Shown here in pieces: positions 58,162-64,000 of a DNA stretch of 64,000 nt. Origin of the DNA: Alphaproteobacteria bacterium. GTDB lineage: Bacteria; Pseudomonadota; Alphaproteobacteria; GCA-2746255. Where the stretch lies: NCBI GenBank assembly GCA_965249135.1, contig OZ252220.1:518056-582055 (forward strand), in the 5' to 3' direction. Positions within the stretch are counted from its first letter, which is position 1, and each line of letters begins with the position of its first letter. The position numbers were made by a program, and so were the translations under genes. The notes under the pieces are model-generated. The model worked only from the letters and a program-made list of their open reading frames with translations. It made no database searches and was not told where the DNA came from.

Positions 58162-59670
58162 TTAACGGGATTTCCTCAACTCTGACAACGCCTTTGGCAA
58201 ATTTTCTGGCAAATCCTCTGAAATAAGGCCGATACCGATCCGTCGGGCCGTTTCGCCATGGAGCCAAGCGGCGGCGGCGGCGGCATCGAAAGGCGCCATT
58301 CCCTGGGCCAGCAAGCCAAGGATCATGCCCGCCAACACGTCGCCGGAACCCGCCGTCGCCAGGCTTGGCGGGGCGTTCCAGTTGATGACGGCCTGGCCAT
58401 CCGGCGCGGCGATGACCGTATCGGCCCCCTTCAGCAGGACGATGGCGTTGCTCCGCCGGGCCGCCTCCCGGGCCCGGCTCAGCTTGTCCCCCCGGTCGTC
58501 GAACAGGCGGGCAAACTCGCCTTCATGGGGGGTCAGCACGGCGGGGCCCTGGATCGCCGCGAAGAGGTCTTCGGACGCACCCTCGAAGACGCTGAGGGCA
58601 TCGGCGTCCAGGACGCAAGGCCGGCCCGTAGCAAGGACTTCCAGCACCTTCGACCGGGTCTCCTTGGTCACTCCGCAGCCCGGGCCCAGCAGAAAGGCCC
58701 GTTTGCGCAGATCGGCGATGAGGTCCTGGAAGGCCGCGTCGCCGGCCACCGGATGGACGAGAATGCTCGGGCTTTCGGCGGCATAGATCGCCACCGCCTT
58801 CGGCGGGCTTGCCACCGTCACCAGGCCGGCCCCGATGCGCAGCGCCGCCCTGGCTGCCAGCCTGGCCGCCCCCGTCATCACCGCCCCTCCGACGACGACG
58901 ACATGGCCACTGCTGTATTTGTGATCGCTGGGCTTCGGCCACGGATAGCGGTCCAGCCAGAGCTCCGGATCGTTCGCAAACAAGCTTGGGCTTATCCGCG
59001 CCATGGCGCTGACCGGCACGCCGATATCGATGAGGACGACCTCGCCGGCAACTTCCCGGCCCGGCAACAGAAAATGGCCGGCCTTCCTGCCGATGAAGGT
59101 GACGGTAAGCGCCGAGCTTGGGGCGACGCCCAGGATTTCGCCGGTATCGCCGTGAACGCCGCTCGGAATGTCGACGGCGACACAGGTAAGGTCGTGATTC
59201 ACCCGCGCGTTGATCGCCTCGACGACGGACCGGACGCGCCCTTCCAGGGGCCGATCCAGGCCCGCCCCGAACAAGGCATCGACGACCAGCTCGGCCCCGG
59301 CGATGACTTCCGGCGTGAGCGGCAGGATCTCCGCTTCCTCCACATCGCCGCTCTTCCAGCGTATGGCGTTCGCCTCGGCGTCCCCTTTCAGCGTAGCCAG
59401 CATCCCCAGCAGCGCCGTCTGGACCGGCCAGCCTTGCTCGCGCAGCCGCCGGGCGATGACGAAGCCATCCCCGCCATTGTTGCCGGGTCCGCAAAGAACG
59501 ACGGTGGGACGCGGCGACCAACGCCGCACGATCTCGCCGGCAACGCCGCTGCCGGCCGCTTCCATAAGCTCGCCGCTGGAGACCCCCGCGACGGCGGCGG
59601 CCTGATCGACCAGGTAGTTCTCGGCGACGGTCAAGACCGCCATTTCCGCCTGCTTGTCCGCCTGTTTCAT
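58162..59670 (-). CDS. nnr: Bifunctional NAD(P)H-hydrate repair enzyme Nnr (YjeF-N epimerase / carbohydrate-kinase-like dehydratase)
   Basis: 502-aa protein with an N-terminal YjeF-N domain (VLCGPGNNGGDGFV) and a C-terminal ADP-dependent dehydratase domain. Confidence 0.8.
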   Translation of the reverse strand: MKQADKQAEMAVLTVAENYLVDQAAAVAGVSSGELMEAAGSGVAGEIVRRWSPRPTVVLCGPGNNGGDGFVIARRLREQGWPVQTALLGMLATLKGDAEANAIRWKSGDVEEAEILPLTPEVIAGAELVVDALFGAGLDRPLEGRVRSVVEAINARVNHDLTCVAVDIPSGVHGDTGEILGVAPSSALTVTFIGRKAGHFLLPGREVAGEVVLIDIGVPVSAMARISPSLFANDPELWLDRYPWPKPSDHKYSSGHVVVVGGAVMTGAARLAARAALRIGAGLVTVASPPKAVAIYAAESPSILVHPVAGDAAFQDLIADLRKRAFLLGPGCGVTKETRSKVLEVLATGRPCVLDADALSVFEGASEDLFAAIQGPAVLTPHEGEFARLFDDRGDKLSRAREAARRSNAIVLLKGADTVIAAPDGQAVINWNAPPSLATAGSGDVLAGMILGLLAQGMAPFDAAAAAAWLHGETARRIGIGLISEDLPENLPKALSELRKSR

Positions 59671-59707
59671 CGTCTTGAGGATAGCGTGGGCCCCTGGGAC
59701 TGTCGTG

Positions 59708-59731
59708 GGGAATTCTGGCGGGAATTCTGGC
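59708..59731. repeat. 12-bp perfect tandem direct repeat GGGAATTCTGGC x2 in the nnr/dadA divergent promoter region
   Basis: Read directly from the sequence. Each unit contains the GAATTC palindrome and lies about 80 nt upstream of the dadA GTG start. Confidence 0.8.
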
Positions 59732-59810
59732 AGCCGGAAAAGTCTGCGCGGCGTAAACGGAACCGCTATATAGCGAAATAGTTAAACGCTTAAGATCGGG
59801 AGCAAAGCCT

Positions 59811-61061
59811 GTGAAGGTCTTGGTGCTGGGAAGCGGCGTGATCGGGGTTACGGCCGCCTACTTTCTTTCCCGTGCCGGACACGAGGTGACGGTCGTCGAT
59901 CGCCGCTCCGGTCCCGGTGAAGAAACAAGCTTCGCGAATGGCGGCCAGATCTCGGCCGGCCTCGCCGAGCCCTGGGCGAACCCGGAAGTGCCCCGCAAGC
60001 TGCTGCGCTGGATCGGCCGCAAGAACGCGCCGCTTGCCTTCCATCTGCGCGCCGATCCGGACCTTTGGAGATGGGCCTTACGCTTCTTGAGCAACTGCAC
60101 GGCGAAGCGCTCGGCCGCGAATCTGGAGCGCGCGCTTCGGATCGCGCTTTATAGCCGCAAGCAACTTCGCGAGATCCGCGAAGCAACCGGCATCACCTAC
60201 GACGAATGGACGGAAGGGGTCCTCAAGATCTACCGCGAGGCGCGCGATTTCGAAATGGCGTGCCAACGGATGAAGGCCATGAACGCCTTGGGATCCGATC
60301 TCCGCGCATTGGATCAACGGGCCTGCCTCGATGTCGAGCCGGCCCTTGAACCGACGGCCGAAAAGATTGTCGGCGCCATCTATTCGCCAGAAGACGAGAG
60401 CGGGGACGCTTACGCATTCACGGTCAAGCTGGCCGAAGAGGCCGCCCGTCTCGGGGCGCGCTTCAAATTCGACCGGACCATCGAGGCCCTCGCCCCGAAA
60501 GGGGAGCGCATCGAACGGGTGATCACGGACCGCGAGAGTTTTTCGGCGGATGCCATCGTGCTTTCCCTTGGCAGCTACAGCCCCCTTCTCCTGCGTACCC
60601 TCGGTATCCGCCTTCCCATCTATCCGGCGAAAGGCTATTCCGTCACGCTGCCGATCCGCGACGGCAACCGCGCGCCTTCCCGAAGCATCACCGACGAAGA
60701 CAAGAAGCTGGTCTTCGGCCGCTTCGGCGACCGGCTTCGGGTCGCCGGCCGGGTCGAGTTCAAGGGCTACGATCCGAAAATCGAGTCGGCGCGCTGCCAG
60801 GCCCTCGCCGAGGATTTGGAAAGCTTCTTCCCTGGGGCCGCCGATCAAGGCAAGCCCGACTACTGGGCGGGCCTTCGACCACTGACGCCCGACACGCTTC
60901 CCGTCATCGGGCCCAGCCGTTTTTCGAATCTTTTCCTGAACACCGGCCACGGCACCTATGGCTGGACGCTGGCGGCCGGTTCAGGCCGGATCGTTGCCGA
61001 CCTGGTGGGCGGCACGCGGCCGGCCATCGAAATCGCGGACTTGGGCTGCGAGCGGTTTTAA
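59811..61061 (+). CDS. dadA: D-amino acid dehydrogenase
   Basis: The FAD-binding MKVLVLGSGVIGVTAAYFLSRAGHEVTVVDR motif and collinear similarity to DadA identify it; 416 aa with a GTG start. Confidence 0.85.
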   Translation: MKVLVLGSGVIGVTAAYFLSRAGHEVTVVDRRSGPGEETSFANGGQISAGLAEPWANPEVPRKLLRWIGRKNAPLAFHLRADPDLWRWALRFLSNCTAKRSAANLERALRIALYSRKQLREIREATGITYDEWTEGVLKIYREARDFEMACQRMKAMNALGSDLRALDQRACLDVEPALEPTAEKIVGAIYSPEDESGDAYAFTVKLAEEAARLGARFKFDRTIEALAPKGERIERVITDRESFSADAIVLSLGSYSPLLLRTLGIRLPIYPAKGYSVTLPIRDGNRAPSRSITDEDKKLVFGRFGDRLRVAGRVEFKGYDPKIESARCQALAEDLESFFPGAADQGKPDYWAGLRPLTPDTLPVIGPSRFSNLFLNTGHGTYGWTLAAGSGRIVADLVGGTRPAIEIADLGCERF

Positions 61062-61067
61062 AGAAAT

Positions 61068-61145
61068 TGGGGCGAGTGATGGGGATCGAACCCACGGCCT
61101 CCAGATCCACAATCTGGCGCTCTAACCAACTGAGCTACACCCGCC
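61068..61145 (-). tRNA. tRNA-His (GTG) with a genome-encoded G-1
   Basis: The reverse complement G-GCGGGTGTAGCTCAGTTGGTTAGAGCGCCAGATTGTGGATCTGG...GGTTCGATCCCCATCACTCGCCCCA has anticodon GTG, and the extra 5' G pairs with the C73 discriminator. Confidence 0.9.
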
Positions 61146-61403
61146 ACCAATCGGCCTGTGTAGACGCTCCCCAAGGAAGGCGTCAAGCTCGCCCGGAAGG
61201 GCCGCAGGATGAGGCCGTGCGCCCGATCCCGTGCTTTCGAATCGGGCTTGATTCGACTGGCGATTCCCTTCACGTTAGCCCTCCGAAAGACAGGCGGAAA
61301 GCCTGCTCATAATATAGGCATTCTTGCCTTGAAAATAACCAGTTCAGGGGGAGGCGGGCGCATCTGCCCGGGTTTTTTCCGTGACTTTCCAAGCCGCTTT
61401 CGT

Positions 61404-61420
61404 TTGGCACGCTCCGTGCC
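61404..61420 (+). promoter_or_regulatory. Sigma-54-like -24/-12 element (TGGCAC-N5-GTGCC) upstream of glnB
   Basis: TTGGCACGCTCCGTGCC has GG and GC at the canonical spacing and lies about 85 nt upstream of the glnB ATG. The motif is also palindromic (GGCAC..GTGCC). Confidence 0.35.
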
Positions 61421-61439
61421 TCTGCTTCGTCTTATCTGA

Positions 61440-61844
<405 letters not shown>

Positions 61845-61886
61845 CGCTTTCCAACGAATTCTCAAATCGCACACCAGGAAAAAACC

Positions 61887-63296
61887 ATGTCCGACGTAAA
61901 AAAAGCTCTTCAAATGATTAAGGATAACGACGTGAAGTACGTCGATCTTCGCTTCACCGACCCACGTGGCAAGTGGCAGCATACCGCACAGGCCGTTAGC
62001 ACGATGGACGAGGACACCTTCGTCGATGGGATCATGTTCGACGGCTCCTCGATAGCCGGCTGGAAGGCAATTCAAGAATCGGACATGACGCTGATGCCGG
62101 ATCCCTCGACGGCGGTTCTTGATCCCTTCGCGGCCCAGACTTCGATGATCATGTTCTGCGACGTCCTCGACCCGGGCACCGGCCAGGGATACGAACGGGA
62201 CCCGCGCTCGACGGCGCGGCGCGCAGAAGCCTATCTGACCAGCACCGGGCTCGGCGATCAGGCCGTCTTCGGGCCGGAGCTCGAGTTCTTCGTCTTCGAT
62301 GACGTTCGCTACGACGTTTCGATGAACCACACCTTCTATGCGCTCGACTACGCGGAGGCGCCCCATGCCTCGGCCTCCGAATACGAGGAAGGCAATATCG
62401 GCCACCGGCCGCCCATCAAGGGCGGCTATTTCCCGGTGCCGCCCGTCGATTCGATGGCGGATCTGCGGGCCGAGATGCTGACCTTCATGAACGAGATGGG
62501 CATCGAGGTGGAGAAGCATCACCACGAGGTGGCGCCGGGGCAGAACGAGCTGGGCTTCCATTTCTGCCCACTCGTCCAGTGCGGCGACGCGGTGCAAATC
62601 TACAAATACGTCGTCCACCAGGTCGCCCACGCCTACGGCAAGACCGCGACCTTCATGCCGAAACCGGTCGTCGACGACAACGGATCCGGCATGCACGTCC
62701 ACCAGTCGATCCTGAAGGGCGGCAATTCGACCTTCGCCGGCAGCAGCTATGCGGACCTTTCCGAGAATGCCCTCTACTACATCGGCGGCATCATCAAGCA
62801 CTGCCGGGCCATCAACGTGTTTACGAATCCGACGACGAACAGCTACAAGCGCCTGGTGATGGGCTTCGAGGCGCCCGTCCTGCTGGCCTATTCGGCGCGC
62901 AACCGCTCGGCCGCCTGCCGCATTCCCTATTCGGCAAGCCCGAAAGGCAAGCGCGTCGAGGTCCGTTTCCCGGATCCGGCGGCGAATCCCTACCTCGCCT
63001 TCACGGCGATGCTGATGGCGGGCCTCGACGGGATCGAGAACCGGATCCATCCGGGCGACCCGATCGACAAGAACCTCTACGACCTGCCGCCGGAAGAGCT
63101 GGAGGGGGTGCCAACCGTCTGCGGCTCGCTGCGCCAGGCGTTGGATGCCCTGGAGGGGGACCGTACCTTCCTGACGAAGGGCGGCGTCTTCTCGGACGGC
63201 CAGATCGACGGCTATCTGGCGTTGAAGGAAGAAGAGCTAATGCGTTTCGAGACCGTTCCACATCCGGTAGAATTCGATATGTATTACAGTGTGTAA
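61887..63296 (+). CDS. glnA: Glutamine synthetase type I
   Basis: 469-aa GSI with the adenylylation-site region ...NLYDLPPEE... Confidence 0.95.
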   Translation: MSDVKKALQMIKDNDVKYVDLRFTDPRGKWQHTAQAVSTMDEDTFVDGIMFDGSSIAGWKAIQESDMTLMPDPSTAVLDPFAAQTSMIMFCDVLDPGTGQGYERDPRSTARRAEAYLTSTGLGDQAVFGPELEFFVFDDVRYDVSMNHTFYALDYAEAPHASASEYEEGNIGHRPPIKGGYFPVPPVDSMADLRAEMLTFMNEMGIEVEKHHHEVAPGQNELGFHFCPLVQCGDAVQIYKYVVHQVAHAYGKTATFMPKPVVDDNGSGMHVHQSILKGGNSTFAGSSYADLSENALYYIGGIIKHCRAINVFTNPTTNSYKRLVMGFEAPVLLAYSARNRSAACRIPYSASPKGKRVEVRFPDPAANPYLAFTAMLMAGLDGIENRIHPGDPIDKNLYDLPPEELEGVPTVCGSLRQALDALEGDRTFLTKGGVFSDGQIDGYLALKEEELMRFETVPHPVEFDMYYSV

Positions 63297-63326
63297 GAAA
63301 TAAATTCTAAACCAAGACTTCAAGAA

Positions 63327-63356
63327 AGGCCGCCCCTCGGAGGCGGCCTTTTTTCA
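63327..63356 (+). terminator. Rho-independent terminator after glnA
   Basis: A GC stem AGGCCGCCCC-TCGG-AGGCGGCCT is followed by TTTTTT. Confidence 0.7.
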
Positions 63357-63387
63357 TCGCTCCGGTTTCACGACTCAGGCCACCCAC

Positions 63388-63777
63388 TCAAGCCGGCGGC
63401 ACTTCCCGCGGCCGGCGGTCGTCGTCGATGGCGACCATCACGAAATTCCCCTCCGTCACCTTGACGGCCTCGCCGGAAGGCAGGCGTTCGGCCCAGGTCT
63501 CCACATGAACGGTGATCGAGGTGCGGCCGATGCCGAGGATCTTCGTGAAACAGGAAACGATATCCCCGATGAAGACCGGCAAATGAAAGGCCATCGCCTC
63601 GATCGCCACCGTCGCCACCCGCCCGCTCGCGCGCCGGCGCGCCGTCATGCCCGCGGCAAGGTCCATCTGGGAAAGCACCCAACCGCCGAAGATGTCGCCG
63701 CTTAGGTTCGCATCCCGCGCCATCGCGACGGTGCGGATCTCCGGAACCCGCTCATTCTTGCCAGAAAATTCTTCCAT
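63388..63777 (-). CDS. Acyl-CoA thioesterase, YciA-like hotdog fold
   Basis: 129-aa protein with NLSGDIFGGWVLSQMDLAAG, typical of YciA/4HBT thioesterases. Confidence 0.75.
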   Translation of the reverse strand: MEEFSGKNERVPEIRTVAMARDANLSGDIFGGWVLSQMDLAAGMTARRRASGRVATVAIEAMAFHLPVFIGDIVSCFTKILGIGRTSITVHVETWAERLPSGEAVKVTEGNFVMVAIDDDRRPREVPPA

Positions 63778-63875
63778 GGCCCCTTCCGCAACTCCCCAAG
63801 ATATCGTGGCGAACGCGCATCAAACATACCGCATCCTGCTTGCTTGGGAAATATGCGCGCCGCATAATGCCGCCC

Positions 63876-64000
63876 ATGCCCAAGCGCGCCGCCAAAAGCC
63901 CCAAGCGAACGCCCAAGAAAAAGGGCCTAAGCCGTAGCTATTCGGCGAAGGACATCGAGGTTCTGGAAGGGCTCGAACCGGTGCGCCGCCGCCCCGGCAT
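63876..64000 (+). CDS. parE: DNA topoisomerase IV subunit B (5' fragment, continues beyond the window)
   Basis: A Lys-rich N-terminal tail is followed by YSAKDIEVLEGLEPVRRRPG, the conserved start of the type IIA topoisomerase ATPase subunit; the wording favours ParE over GyrB. Confidence 0.55.
   Translation, partial: MPKRAAKSPKRTPKKKGLSRSYSAKDIEVLEGLEPVRRRPG

Overview
This window is a GC-rich (about 60%) alphaproteobacterial chromosome segment with Rhizobiales-like gene order, and almost all of it is conserved housekeeping genes. I found no novel system; the one clear mobile element is a full-length group II intron (about 1.9 kb, minus strand, roughly 55861..57784), and the few unusual points are small.

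The conserved core, in order: moaC-moeA; lexA (with GAAC-N7-GAAC SOS boxes) convergent with comEC; gltX; gltA; the lipid A / outer-membrane cluster lpxB-lpxI-lpxA-fabZ-lpxD-skp-bamA-rseP; dxr-cdsA-uppS-frr-pyrH-tsf-rpsB; dnaE; lolD-lolE; proS; the block tag, DUF1467, methylmalonyl-CoA epimerase, RNase J, coaX, birA; the complete nuoN..nuoA operon; tRNA-Asp and tRNA-Val; hupB-lon-clpX-clpP-tig; tRNA-Leu; nnr; dadA; tRNA-His; glnB-glnA; a YciA-like thioesterase; and the start of parE.

Accessory or unusual features:
- A group II intron sits between tRNA-Leu and nnr. Its 5' end is GTGCGCCC, domains V and VI are recognisable, and its reverse transcriptase/maturase ORF is frameshifted.
- AT-rich, non-coding DNA flanks the intron on both sides (55634..55860 and 57785..58161).
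- A perfect 19-bp tandem duplication at the pyrH/frr junction extends the PyrH C-terminus by about 16 residues.
- Short tandem repeats occur at the moeA stop codon and in the nnr-dadA divergent promoter region.
- A small signal-peptide protein of unknown function lies next to tag, inserted between proS and the DUF1467-mce-rnj block.

Many ORFs in the supplied six-frame track are antisense or read-through artefacts of high GC, and I did not report them.
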